From positions 1-26,282 of the forward strand of contig JAWXBZ010000063.1 of the NCBI GenBank assembly GCA_034440375.1: a stretch of 26,282 nucleotides of DNA. Reading direction: 5' to 3'. This document shows, one piece after another, positions 1-8,825 of the stretch; within the stretch, counting starts at the first letter, position 1, and each line of letters begins with the position of its first letter. Below the pieces are notes generated by a model. It was not told the DNA's origin. It was given only the letters and a program-made list of their open reading frames with translations, and did no database searches. The DNA is from Candidatus Eiseniibacteriota bacterium. GTDB taxonomy: Bacteria; Eisenbacteria; RBG-16-71-46; JABDJR01; JAWXBZ01. Both the position numbers and the translations under genes were made by a program.

Positions 1-740
1 CCCTGCAGGGCGGCCAGGAGGCCCATGCGCACCTCGTAGCGGACCGCGTAGCCTTCCATGGCATAGGCGCGCCGATAGGCCTCGCCCGCTTCCGACCAAA
101 GTCGATTTCGCGCGCAGATCCGTCCAAGGTAGTCCTCGAGATCACTGAATCCCGGGTGCTCGGACACCATGCTCTCGATTCGGTCCATCAGTTCGTCATC
201 CGGTTCGACATGGTCGTCAAGGCCGGCCCGTTCATACAGGCGGGTAACGATAGGATCGGCCGCGGCAGAACGCCAGCGTGCCAGGCATTCGGCATGCCGC
301 CCCAGTCGGCGTTCCACCACCCCCAGCCGGTGCAGCCAGGGGGCCCTGGGTCCGGTCACTTCAACGGCCCGGTTCAACCGCTCGAGCGCCTCGTCAAATC
401 GTCCCCTGCCGAGGGCCACCAAAGCCAGCCCGTACTCTCCGGATGTTCCAGTGGGATCGTCCGCACCGAGTGCGGCGTAAATTTCCGCGGCCTGGTCGTA
501 ACGCTGGCGCCGCATGTGCAAGTGGGCCAGGGTGCTGCGGGCCGCGGCATAACGCGGATTGATTTCGAGTGAACGCTGCAATGCCGACTCCGCGGTCGTC
601 AACTGTCCCTGCACGAGCTGGAGCAGGGCCGACAGGTGGTGAAGGTCGGCCCAGTTTGGGTGGCGGGCCAGATCGGCCTGAAGGCAGGTGCGTGCCTCCT
701 GGAGGACGTCCATCATCAGTCTCAAATTCTCCCGTCTCAT
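1..740 (-). CDS. Tetratricopeptide repeat protein (3'-truncated by window edge)
   Basis: Not in the ORF track because its stop lies outside the window. Manual translation from ATG 740 (ATGA overlap with the upstream stop; alternative ATG 716/713) is open to the window edge: MRRENLRLMMDVLQEARTCLQADLARHPNWADLHHLSALLQLVQGQLTTAESALQRSLEINPRYAAARSTLAHL...EHPGFSDLEDYLGRICARNRLWSEAGEAYRRAYAME. This shows repeated TPR consensus. Confidence 0.8.
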   Translation of the reverse strand, partial: MRRENLRLMMDVLQEARTCLQADLARHPNWADLHHLSALLQLVQGQLTTAESALQRSLEINPRYAAARSTLAHLHMRRQRYDQAAEIYAALGADDPTGTSGEYGLALVALGRGRFDEALERLNRAVEVTGPRAPWLHRLGVVERRLGRHAECLARWRSAAADPIVTRLYERAGLDDHVEPDDELMDRIESMVSEHPGFSDLEDYLGRICARNRLWSEAGEAYRRAYAMEGYAVRYEVRMGLLAALQ

Positions 741-1045
741 GCCTTCACCGCCTTTGGAGCCCATTGACCGCGAACCTTGACTATGTTTTCAAGATTGCAC
801 ACGACATCGCGCACGCCCCGGACGCAGCGAATCTGACGTTCGAGCTTGGTCACCAGAAGTCTCATGCTTTCATCCGGGGACTCCTCGACCTTTCCGTCCT
901 TCGACCGGGTCATCTCCCGGCGGAGCGAGCCGCGCAGATAGACGATTCCGTTCATCGTGCCGTGGTCGAGTTGGACGGTGTCGATCCATTGCCGGATGAG
1001 AAGGGTGCGGACCGAGGCATTGATCCGAAAGTCTTCGAATTGCAC
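737..1045 (-). CDS. Small BON-domain-like protein, no signal peptide
   Basis: GTG start with GAGGAA RBS. Pattern D-x-x-I-x-x-x-V-R-x-x-L ... NGIVYLRG ... VRGVRDVVCNL matches the BON consensus. Stop overlaps the TPR gene start. Confidence 0.6.
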   Translation of the reverse strand: MQFEDFRINASVRTLLIRQWIDTVQLDHGTMNGIVYLRGSLRREMTRSKDGKVEESPDESMRLLVTKLERQIRCVRGVRDVVCNLENIVKVRGQWAPKAVKA

Positions 1046-1097
1046 GTTGGTTCCTCAGCGTCGGGGCAGAATTCCCATGTGTGGCAAATGTATCGGC

Positions 1098-1113
1098 GGC
1101 AAGGCCGGTGCCC
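1098..1113 (-). promoter_or_regulatory. Possible sigma54 (-24/-12) promoter for the BON-TPR operon
   Basis: Minus strand reads GGGCAC-CGGCC-TTGCC: GG-N10-GC spacing with GGCAC and TTGC cores, about 55 nt upstream of the GTG start. The first and last positions deviate from TGGCAC-N5-TTGCW. Confidence 0.35.
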
Positions 1114-1199
1114 TTGACCAAAAAGGCAGGCGCTCCAACCGGACTCAATCCCCGCGGTCGACCGGCCGATGACTTGAGGGAACGGGAACAAACCGGGAT

Positions 1200-1218
1200 C
1201 CATGTGATCGGCACATGG
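1200..1218. promoter_or_regulatory. Perfect inverted repeat CCATGTG-N5-CACATGG, candidate operator
   Basis: 7-bp arms lie directly adjacent to the -35 box of the predicted mltD promoter, in a divergent intergenic region. Confidence 0.4.
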
Positions 1219-1247
1219 TTGAACCCGGGCCATCCGACACTTAGACT
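1219..1247 (+). promoter_or_regulatory. Predicted sigma70 promoter of mltD
   Basis: TTGAAC (1219-1224), 17-nt spacer, TAGACT (1242-1247). Confidence 0.5.
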
Positions 1248-1312
1248 GCGGCATAACCGAGGGCAGCACATTTACTTGAGCGCATGGCCGGCGCTCCGCG
1301 GAGGATCATTCG

Positions 1313-3019
1313 GTGATCGAAAACGAACCGACACCCCGGGCCCGCACCACGCCATGGGGCATGGCGCTGGTCCTGGCCCTTCTGACCTTGCCGGGAGCAC
1401 TGGGTGGATGCCGTCGGGCCCCACACCCGACGGCGGTGGTGGACACCCGGCCGGTGGCTACCGACGAGTCGTCCCGGGGGGACCTGACCGGCACCGAACC
1501 ATCGGCGGCAGACTCGACTCGATCGCCGGCCGACACCGCCGGGGTGTCCCGAATTCGGCTTCAAGTACCGCGAATCGAAACCCCTCATGACGCCTCATTT
1601 CCGGCTGCCACCCTGGTGATACACGCCTGGGAGTTTGTCTACTACAACACCCTTGACCTGGAACCCTCGATAGCCGATTCGGCGCTCTTCTTTCGCTACC
1701 AGGCGCTCTTGACTCACCTCGATCCGGAATTGATCGACGCCAACGCGGTTCGGCTGCGGGAACGAGCCGTGGAACTTCGTCAGTGGATCACCCGGAGCCG
1801 CGATGCGGCCTGGCAGCGCTGGCAGGTCGACCTGACGCCACCGCCCCAGCCGCAGACCATCACCCACACGGAGCGCGCCCCGATCGTTCCGGCGGATCAC
1901 CCCCGTGTGCAGAAGTGGCTTGAAGCCTTTACGGGGCCGAGTCGGGAGCGATTCGCCACCTGGATCTGGCGTTCAGGCGCCTATCGTCCTCTCATGGAGC
2001 GCATTCTGATCGAGGAGGGAGTCCCGAAGGAACTCATCGTCATCGTCTTCATCGAGAGCGGCTTCAGTCTGGTGGCCAAGTCCCGGGCCAGCGCCGTTGG
2101 CCCGTGGCAATTCATCCGCGAAACCGGCAAGCGTTACGGCCTGACGATCAACAACCACCGCGACGAGCGACGCGACTTCGTGCTGGCCACCCGGGCGGCC
2201 GCCCGTTACCTCAGCGACCTTCATGACTACTTCGGCGACTGGAACCTGGCGATGGCCGCCTACAATTGTGGTGAAGGGCGTGTCTTTCGCCAGATATCAC
2301 GCCAGGGGACCAATGATTTCTGGGCGCTCGATCTGCCGAGGGAAACGGAGGACTATGTCCCCGAATTCCACGCGGCGCTCATGATTCTGAACGATCCGGC
2401 CGCCTACGGATTCACGAACGTGCTCGACCAACCGCTCGACTTCGTCGAACACCCGCTGCCCGGACCGGTGCGTGTGGCAGACCTGGCGCAGCACTGCATT
2501 GTGTCGATTGAGAAACTGAAGGCGCTCAATCCGTCCTGGCTTCGGGCCGTGACCCCGGCCGACGGCAAGCCGGTGACGGCACGGCTACCCGGAAATCTCT
2601 CCCCGGGCATCTCGCTGGCCTCGTTGCCCCTTGCGCCGACGGCGGAAACCGTGGCCCGGGGCGGCACACACAAGGTTCGACGCGGCGAAACCCTTTCCGG
2701 CATTGCCCGCAAGTATGGCGTCTCGCTCACCGCGCTGGCCCGTGACAACCGGATGACGGCCCATTCACGGCTCAAGGTTGGCAAGGTTTTGCAGTTACCG
2801 GACGGAGCCGCCGGCCTTGCCTCCAGCTCGGGCAAGGCAAAGAAGAAGTCCGGAGCCGGCAAATCCCAGGCGTCGACACGTGTCCACACGGTCAGGCGGG
2901 GTGACACGCTTTCGGCGATTTGCAGCCGCTACGGCGTTCGGCTGAACGACGTCAAGCGCTGGAACAGCCTCAATTCATCGGCGATTCGTGCGGGTCAGAA
3001 ATTGAAGCTCACCGGCTAG
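1313..3019 (+). CDS. mltD: Membrane-bound lytic murein transglycosylase D-like lipoprotein (SLT domain plus two C-terminal LysM domains)
   Basis: GTG start with GGAGG RBS; lipobox-like LGGC. SLT motifs IESGF, SRASAVGPWQFI, LAMAAYNCGEG, LPRETEDYVP. LysM repeats HKVRRGETLSGIARKYGV and HTVRRGDTLSAICSRYGV. Confidence 0.9.
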   Translation: MIENEPTPRARTTPWGMALVLALLTLPGALGGCRRAPHPTAVVDTRPVATDESSRGDLTGTEPSAADSTRSPADTAGVSRIRLQVPRIETPHDASFPAATLVIHAWEFVYYNTLDLEPSIADSALFFRYQALLTHLDPELIDANAVRLRERAVELRQWITRSRDAAWQRWQVDLTPPPQPQTITHTERAPIVPADHPRVQKWLEAFTGPSRERFATWIWRSGAYRPLMERILIEEGVPKELIVIVFIESGFSLVAKSRASAVGPWQFIRETGKRYGLTINNHRDERRDFVLATRAAARYLSDLHDYFGDWNLAMAAYNCGEGRVFRQISRQGTNDFWALDLPRETEDYVPEFHAALMILNDPAAYGFTNVLDQPLDFVEHPLPGPVRVADLAQHCIVSIEKLKALNPSWLRAVTPADGKPVTARLPGNLSPGISLASLPLAPTAETVARGGTHKVRRGETLSGIARKYGVSLTALARDNRMTAHSRLKVGKVLQLPDGAAGLASSSGKAKKKSGAGKSQASTRVHTVRRGDTLSAICSRYGVRLNDVKRWNSLNSSAIRAGQKLKLTG

Positions 3020-3030
3020 GATGGTTTCAA

Positions 3031-4299
3031 TCAGCCGGTGTCTCCGAGAACCGAGCCGGAAGGAAGGTCCAGCGATGTGAAATCGGTCTCGCACAGATCG
3101 GCAGCCAGGCAGCAATTTCGCCCGATGGTCGTCCCTCGGGGTATGGAGGTGCCCTTCCCCACCACGGTCAGCCCCGAGTGAAGAAGTTGCGGTATCCGGA
3201 CATTGGCGACCGTGGCATCACCCTGGCCAACAATGGCCCCCTCGCCAATCTGGATCTGTTTGTCGAGAATCGCCCGGTCGATCCGCGCGCCGGATTCAAT
3301 ACGCGTATCATTCATGATGATTGAATCCGAGACATGGGCGCCGGGCCCGACGAACACCCCGGGAAAGAGTACCGACCGCTCGACCCGGCCAAGAACAACA
3401 CAGCCGTTGGAGATCAGGCTGTACTGAGCCCGCCCCCCCGCACCGAACTTCACCGGCGGGCGTTCGGCGCTGGGCGTGTGGATCTTCCACTCCGGATCGA
3501 AGAGGTCGAGGCGGGGTCGATCGCTTACCAGGTCAAGATTGGCCTCGTAGTATGCCTCCAGTGCCCCGATGTCCTGCCAGTACTCGTCAAAGCGGTAACC
3601 GAAGACCTTGCCATCGGGAATCAAGAGCGGAAGTATGTTGCGACCGAAGTCATGTTGACTCTCAGGGCTTGCCGCGTCCTGGGTGAGCCGATCCACCAGC
3701 GCCTGCGCCTTCCAGACGTACACCCCCATCGACACCAGGTTGCTGCGCGCCCGGGCTGGTTTCTCATCGAAACCGATCACACGATTGGCATCGTCCGTGT
3801 CGACGATACCGAACTGGTCTGTTATCTCCCATGGCACGGTCGTGACGGCCAGGGTGACGTCGGCGTCATGCTCCTCGTGAAACCGGATCATCCGGTTGTA
3901 GTCCATCTTGTACACGTGATCGCCGGAGAGGATCAGGACATGCTCGACCTTGCGGCGCATTACCTGATCCAGATTCTGGTAGACCGCGTCGGCCGTGCCG
4001 ACGTACCAGTCGCCCGTCTGTCGGCCCAGGAAAGGCTGCAACAGCGTGACACCGCCGGTCATCCGGTCAAGATCCCACGCCTTGCCATTGCCGATATGTT
4101 CGTTGAGCGACATCGGGCGGTACTGCGTCAGGATGCCGATGTCATCGACGCCCGAGTTGACGCAGTTCGACAGTGTGAAGTCGATGATCCGATACTTTCC
4201 ACCGAACGGCACTGCCGGCTTGGCGCGCTTGGCCGAGAGAATCGACAACCGGCTGCCGACGCCGCCGGCGAGGAGAAGCGCGTAGACGTCCCGGTTCAA
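3031..4299 (-). CDS. glgC: Glucose-1-phosphate adenylyltransferase (catalytic subunit)
   Basis: Intact [10 protein letters not shown]...[51 protein letters not shown] and YWQDIG motifs; C-terminal left-handed beta-helix. TTG start overlaps the upstream stop. Confidence 0.93.
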   Translation of the reverse strand: MNRDVYALLLAGGVGSRLSILSAKRAKPAVPFGGKYRIIDFTLSNCVNSGVDDIGILTQYRPMSLNEHIGNGKAWDLDRMTGGVTLLQPFLGRQTGDWYVGTADAVYQNLDQVMRRKVEHVLILSGDHVYKMDYNRMIRFHEEHDADVTLAVTTVPWEITDQFGIVDTDDANRVIGFDEKPARARSNLVSMGVYVWKAQALVDRLTQDAASPESQHDFGRNILPLLIPDGKVFGYRFDEYWQDIGALEAYYEANLDLVSDRPRLDLFDPEWKIHTPSAERPPVKFGAGGRAQYSLISNGCVVLGRVERSVLFPGVFVGPGAHVSDSIIMNDTRIESGARIDRAILDKQIQIGEGAIVGQGDATVANVRIPQLLHSGLTVVGKGTSIPRGTTIGRNCCLAADLCETDFTSLDLPSGSVLGDTG

Positions 4300-5558
4300 C
4301 CGACTTCCCCGCCGCGACGGACGCGGGCTCCCGACTCGACCGGGCTACCGTTGAAATCGACGGCGCGAACACCCGGTTCGACGACGCAGTGCCGGCCGAT
4401 GAGCGCGCCGTCCGGAATGACGGCATCGCGGCCGATGATCGACAGTCCGCCGGAAAAGAGGGCCGGCAGATCCTTGTGCGGCGCGGTCTCGCCGTGACCG
4501 ATCAGCACGTTGGCGCCGATCCGGACATCCTTGTCGACGATGACGTGCGACAGTGTGGCCCCGGCCGCGATCGAGGCACCATTCATCACGATGGAATGGC
4601 GCACGGTGGCACCGGCCTCGATCCGGACACCCGGGAAGAGAATCGAGTTCTCGACAGTCCCTTCCACGTTGCATCCATTGGCCAGCAGACTGCGTTCCAC
4701 CGTAGCCTCGGCTCCCAGGCGGGCCGGAGGCAATTCCTCGCTGCGGGTGTAGACGACCCACTCCGGGTCGTAGAGATTGAGGCGGGGCGTGTCGTTCAGC
4801 AGGTCCATCGAGGCACGATAGTAAGTGTCGACCGTGCCGACATCCTCCCAGTACCCCTCGTACCGATACGCATCCACCCGATCGCCACGGGCCACCATCG
4901 GCTCGATGATCTCCGTCACCAGGTTGTTGGCCTCAGGATGTTCGAGGAGTTCCTTCTGGAGCACGTCCGCGTTGAAGCAGGCAATCCCCATGTAACCGGG
5001 ACCGTCCATCGCCTCGATCGGCTTCTCATGGAAGTGGGTGATCCGCTGATCGGCGTCGACGCGGCAGATGCCGAAACGGTGACTTTCCCCGGCATCGATC
5101 GCCCCCACCGCCAGCGTGACGGGCGCATTCCGCTCAATGTGTGAGTCGAGAAGCCAGGAATAGTCCATCTTGTAGACAAGGTCGCCCGGCAGGATGAGCA
5201 CCCATCGGGCGCGGGCGTGGCGAAGCACATCGAGGTTCTGTCGAACGGCATCCGCCGTTCCAAGATACCAGCGGGTATCGCTCTGGCGCTGGTAGGGCTG
5301 GAGGATCATGACGCCGCCGTCACGGCGGTCCAGGTCCCACGGCTTGCCGATTCCCACATGAGCATGGAGAGAGAGCGGCGCATGCTGCGTGAGGAGGCCG
5401 AGCTGATAGATCTGGGAGTTGCAGAGGTTGGAGAGGGTGAAGTCGATGACCCGGTACTTGCCGCCAAAGGGGAGCGAGCTGGTGGCCCGCATTTCGGTCA
5501 GGACGGAGAGATCACGGGTACTGCCTCCGGCAAGCACCAGTGCCATGACTCGCCGCAA
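4296..5558 (-). CDS. GlgC paralogue with degenerate ATP-binding loop (GlgD-like subunit)
   Basis: Full-length ADP-glucose pyrophosphorylase fold (PFGGKYRVIDF, GTADAVRQN, GDLVYKMDY, FHEKP, YWEDVG), but GxGxRL/AKPA is replaced by GSTRDL/ATSS and DFG is absent. TTG start with GGAGG RBS. Confidence 0.85.
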   Translation of the reverse strand: MRRVMALVLAGGSTRDLSVLTEMRATSSLPFGGKYRVIDFTLSNLCNSQIYQLGLLTQHAPLSLHAHVGIGKPWDLDRRDGGVMILQPYQRQSDTRWYLGTADAVRQNLDVLRHARARWVLILPGDLVYKMDYSWLLDSHIERNAPVTLAVGAIDAGESHRFGICRVDADQRITHFHEKPIEAMDGPGYMGIACFNADVLQKELLEHPEANNLVTEIIEPMVARGDRVDAYRYEGYWEDVGTVDTYYRASMDLLNDTPRLNLYDPEWVVYTRSEELPPARLGAEATVERSLLANGCNVEGTVENSILFPGVRIEAGATVRHSIVMNGASIAAGATLSHVIVDKDVRIGANVLIGHGETAPHKDLPALFSGGLSIIGRDAVIPDGALIGRHCVVEPGVRAVDFNGSPVESGARVRRGGEVG

Positions 5559-5602
5559 CCACTACCTCCAGATTCGCGCGGGGAAAGCGGTGCACCCCGC
5601 TC

Positions 5603-6655
5603 CTACCACCCCAGATTCAATGTGACCCGATTCGTGGCGTCCAGCTCATCGTGATCCAGGAAGGCATAGTCGACCCCGAACCGCGACAGAGGGCCAAGTC
5701 GGAAACGGACGCCGGCCCCCGCGGCAAAGTGGCCCGAATTCGTTCCGGCCCGCACCGCGACCACACTGTTATACCAGTATTCGATGCCGGCATGGAGGTT
5801 TCCGGAGAGAGAACCGGAGGAAAATTGATCCGCATCCCCCAGGTCCTCGAAGGCCAGCTGAACATCGGCGGCCAGCGTGGCGGTGCCCTTGAGAAAGCCA
5901 ATCCCCCTCGTTCCCTGCCCCCCCACCGTCACGGTGGGCGCGATCTTTTCGTGCCGGCCGGTATCCCACTTGATTTGCGTTGTCGTGATGTCGGCCAGGC
6001 GCAGACCGAAGGTGGTCGAGGAGGATGGAAGCCAGAGAAGGCCAAGATCGGCGCCGATGCCGAATGAGGATCCGTCGCCCACGAGGCTCTGACGAACCAA
6101 CTTGACGTTGCCGCCCACCGACCATTTGTCGCCCAGACCGCGGGCATAGTTGAAGAAGACGCCGAGATCGTAGGCGCTCTCGATCCGGACCAGGTCGGGA
6201 TCGACGACGATCAGTCCGCCGGCCTCCTGCCGGAGTGCATCCGAGGTCACCTTGATGTCGTCAACGCCGAGCCGGATGACGGTAAGTCCGACGCTGGAGC
6301 GCCCGCCATTTCGTCCAATCGGCAGAACCGAGCTGATGACGTCGTGTGTGACGATTCCGCCGAACATTTCCGCGTGAGTCAACTGGACATCGGGCTCCCG
6401 GAGGAGCGCCGGACCGGCTGGATTCCAGTAGGTGGCGCTTGCGTCGTCGGCGAGGGCCGTGAAGGCGCCTCCCATGCCGAGGGCGCGGGCCCCGACGCCA
6501 ACCTTCAGGAACTCAGCGGCGAACTTGTCGGCGGCCAGGGCCGCCGGGATCGCCGTAATGAGCAGGGCGGCGGCAAAGAGGACGCCAGAAACCAGACGGG
6601 AGACCGTGGTCCGCAGCGCGATCGAGATATTGATTTTCGGTGACATCATGCGCAT
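5603..6655 (-). CDS. PorV/PorQ-family (FadL-like) outer membrane beta-barrel protein
   Basis: Signal peptide followed by the family signature AEFLKVGVGARALGMGGAFTALADDASATYWNPAG; amphipathic beta-strands; terminal Trp. The true start may be ATG 6649 or 6646, given the GAGGA RBS position. Confidence 0.85.
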   Translation of the reverse strand: MRMMSPKINISIALRTTVSRLVSGVLFAAALLITAIPAALAADKFAAEFLKVGVGARALGMGGAFTALADDASATYWNPAGPALLREPDVQLTHAEMFGGIVTHDVISSVLPIGRNGGRSSVGLTVIRLGVDDIKVTSDALRQEAGGLIVVDPDLVRIESAYDLGVFFNYARGLGDKWSVGGNVKLVRQSLVGDGSSFGIGADLGLLWLPSSSTTFGLRLADITTTQIKWDTGRHEKIAPTVTVGGQGTRGIGFLKGTATLAADVQLAFEDLGDADQFSSGSLSGNLHAGIEYWYNSVVAVRAGTNSGHFAAGAGVRFRLGPLSRFGVDYAFLDHDELDATNRVTLNLGW

Positions 6656-6718
6656 CCTCAGGGTAATCCGGGACCAGATCGTCCCCTCGATCTGTCCAAC
6701 TTTGACAGGGCCCCTGGT

Positions 6719-7126
6719 TCAGGGCCGGGACAGCCGTTCATCAATCATATCCCGCATCAGCCGCCAGCCGATATATTCTTCGATCAATTGTCGATCCGGC
6801 TGCTTGACGTCCGTGAAGCAACAGGCCATTTCCCAGCAGCCGTCGTCCATCCCCTCATTCTGGCAACGAACGACAACCCCTTCGCAGTTAATGACCTGGG
6901 TCTTCTTTCCCTGCCGCCCGAAGGACGGCAAGAGAAGGGTCAGGCCAACCCGGGTCAGGGGCGCCATGAAACTGCGAACCTGGCAGGAGATCCCGCCGGC
7001 CGAAAGATCAAGGCTTTCGCTGCTGACCGGCCGATCACCGCCGGGCTTCTTGTCGCGATCGACCTGGAGTGCGAGGCGGGCATCTATTCTAGGACTCTTG
7101 CGCCGTTCCGTTGTCTGGCGGGCCAT
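6719..7126 (-). CDS. Stand-alone PilZ domain protein (c-di-GMP receptor)
   Basis: RxxxR (ERRKSPR) and DxSxxG (DLSAGG) motifs plus GVVVR...ACCF. Start placed at ATG 7126 with GGAGG RBS rather than 7189. Confidence 0.85.
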   Translation of the reverse strand: MARQTTERRKSPRIDARLALQVDRDKKPGGDRPVSSESLDLSAGGISCQVRSFMAPLTRVGLTLLLPSFGRQGKKTQVINCEGVVVRCQNEGMDDGCWEMACCFTDVKQPDRQLIEEYIGWRLMRDMIDERLSRP

Positions 7127-7330
7127 GGTCCCTCCGTCCGGATCCCTGGCCGGGTCATTGACCGGCCGGTGAAGAACACGCACTTCCAACTCCGGTTTCC
7201 GGAGACGGAAGAAATGTTTCAGAATTTCTGCGTCAGGCGAGTGTCACGCAAGTTCAAGAATGACAAGACCCTAAGCGGGAACGTTAGCATACGATGTCGA
7301 CGAGCATCAACGCGCCGCACGGGCGAATGG

Positions 7331-8203
7331 TCATCGAAATCGATACTCGAGACGAGGTCCGGCAAGATCCGGCAGCAGGGACCGTGAAGATTCCTCGAGG
7401 AAGTCGAGGAATTGAAATCGGCTCCGCCCCCGATCGACGACCACCGGTTCCCCTTCGATCCCGGCCAGATCCGCGGCCCATTGGACGGCTTCCCGCTCGC
7501 CGCCGAGGCGATCCACCAGGCCGAGGCCAAGAGCCTGACGCCCGGTGAAAACCCGGCCGTCGGCGAGTGCCAGGACCTCCGGCCGCGTCATTGATCGGCC
7601 CGCCACCACGGCATCCACGAATTGTTGATAGGCGTCCTCGACGATTCCCTCCAGGAGGCGCCGCTCCTCCTTAGTCGGCTCGCGGGCAATGGTTCCCATG
7701 TCCTTGACCGGCCCGCTTTTGACCACCTCCAGCCGGACACCGACCTTTTGCATCAACTCCTCAGCCGTCATCCACGAAAAGATGACGCCAATCGAGCCGG
7801 TCAGCGATCCGGGATTGGCCATGATCGAATCGCAGGCAATCGCCACGTAGTAGCCACCCGAAGCCGCCGTGTTGGCCATCGAGGCCACGACCGGCTTCGA
7901 GGAACGCAACCGCTTGATGGCGTCGTGGATCTCCTGCGAGGGGGCGATGCCGCCTCCCGGCGAGTCGATGCGGATGACCACCGCAGCGATCGATTCGTCG
8001 TCGGCCAGATCGTCGATCGTCCGAGCGGCATGCTCGCTGGACACGATCGTCCCGGTGATCGGCAGCACGGCCACGCGCCGCCCGAGAAGTGGAAGATCAT
8101 TTCCATCCAGGAATCCGACAGCGAGAAGCAGAATGACACCGGCCCCGAACAGGAGCAACAGGACCACGCCACAACCGATAAGTCCAAACGTTCGTGATGT
8201 CAC
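7331..8203 (-). CDS. sppA: Signal peptide peptidase SppA, 36K type (S49)
   Basis: N-terminal TM helix; IDSPGG, KPVVASM..AASGGYY, GSIGV, KSGPVKD, DGRVFTGRQA...GLVD.LGG. GTG start with GGAG RBS. Confidence 0.93.
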   Translation of the reverse strand: MTSRTFGLIGCGVVLLLLFGAGVILLLAVGFLDGNDLPLLGRRVAVLPITGTIVSSEHAARTIDDLADDESIAAVVIRIDSPGGGIAPSQEIHDAIKRLRSSKPVVASMANTAASGGYYVAIACDSIMANPGSLTGSIGVIFSWMTAEELMQKVGVRLEVVKSGPVKDMGTIAREPTKEERRLLEGIVEDAYQQFVDAVVAGRSMTRPEVLALADGRVFTGRQALGLGLVDRLGGEREAVQWAADLAGIEGEPVVVDRGRSRFQFLDFLEESSRSLLPDLAGPRLEYRFR

Positions 8204-8222
8204 AAAATCTCCATTGACGGAA

Positions 8223-8825
8223 TCACAAAATTTCCAGTGGATGCAGCAGGCGCTCGATCAGGTCGGGATGAACCCGCGGGATGGCCACCGCCGCGAGGGG
8301 TCCCCCCCGCCCGTCCAGGATTCTCGTGCCGGCCTCGAGTGACGCCTCCACCTCGTGAAGGCTTCCCGTGAAGAGTATCAGTGTTCTCCCACCGATGCCG
8401 CGAGCGGCCTGGATCGAGAGAATCCGGATGTCACTGGCCTTGGCCGCCGCATCGGCCGACAACAATCCGGCCGCCACCGTGCGACACTCGAAGAGCCCCA
8501 TCGCCTCGATGGCGCCTGTCGGCGCCATTCCAATCGCTCCCGCCACATCCGGATGCGCCTGGGGCAGCAGCATCTCGTCGATCAGGTCATCGCCCGCCAG
8601 CCGTCGACCGACTTCGTGAGCCGTTTCGACCGCGGCCACTGATCCCGAGTAGATGATGAGGAGCTTTCCAGGGGTGACCGGTTCAACGGCCAGCAGCTGG
8701 ATGGAAGCAGCCTTGACGAGCGCGTCGGCCACGACGTAGCCCCGGGCCAGTGAGGCGAGTTCGAGCAGGGCCAGGGTTGGCGTGGCCGGCCTCTCGATGG
8801 GGAGCGTCGCGTCGGCGGGGATCAC
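8223..8825 (-). CDS. Bacterial microcompartment tandem-domain shell protein (BMC-T, PduT-like)
   Basis: Two BMC domains: LALLELASLARGYVVADALVKAA...PGKLLIIYSGSVAAVE and AMGLFECRTVAAGLLSADAAAKAS...GIGGRTLILFTGSLHEVEASLEAG...IPRVHPDL. GTG start overlaps the BMC-P stop. Confidence 0.88.
   Translation of the reverse strand: MIPADATLPIERPATPTLALLELASLARGYVVADALVKAASIQLLAVEPVTPGKLLIIYSGSVAAVETAHEVGRRLAGDDLIDEMLLPQAHPDVAGAIGMAPTGAIEAMGLFECRTVAAGLLSADAAAKASDIRILSIQAARGIGGRTLILFTGSLHEVEASLEAGTRILDGRGGPLAAVAIPRVHPDLIERLLHPLEIL

Noticed and set aside
3334-4497. 387-aa antisense ORF over glgC (likewise 14625-15695, 19731-20972, 21044-21865)
   Set aside because: Codon-register mirror ORFs of well-supported genes, caused by GC3 bias.
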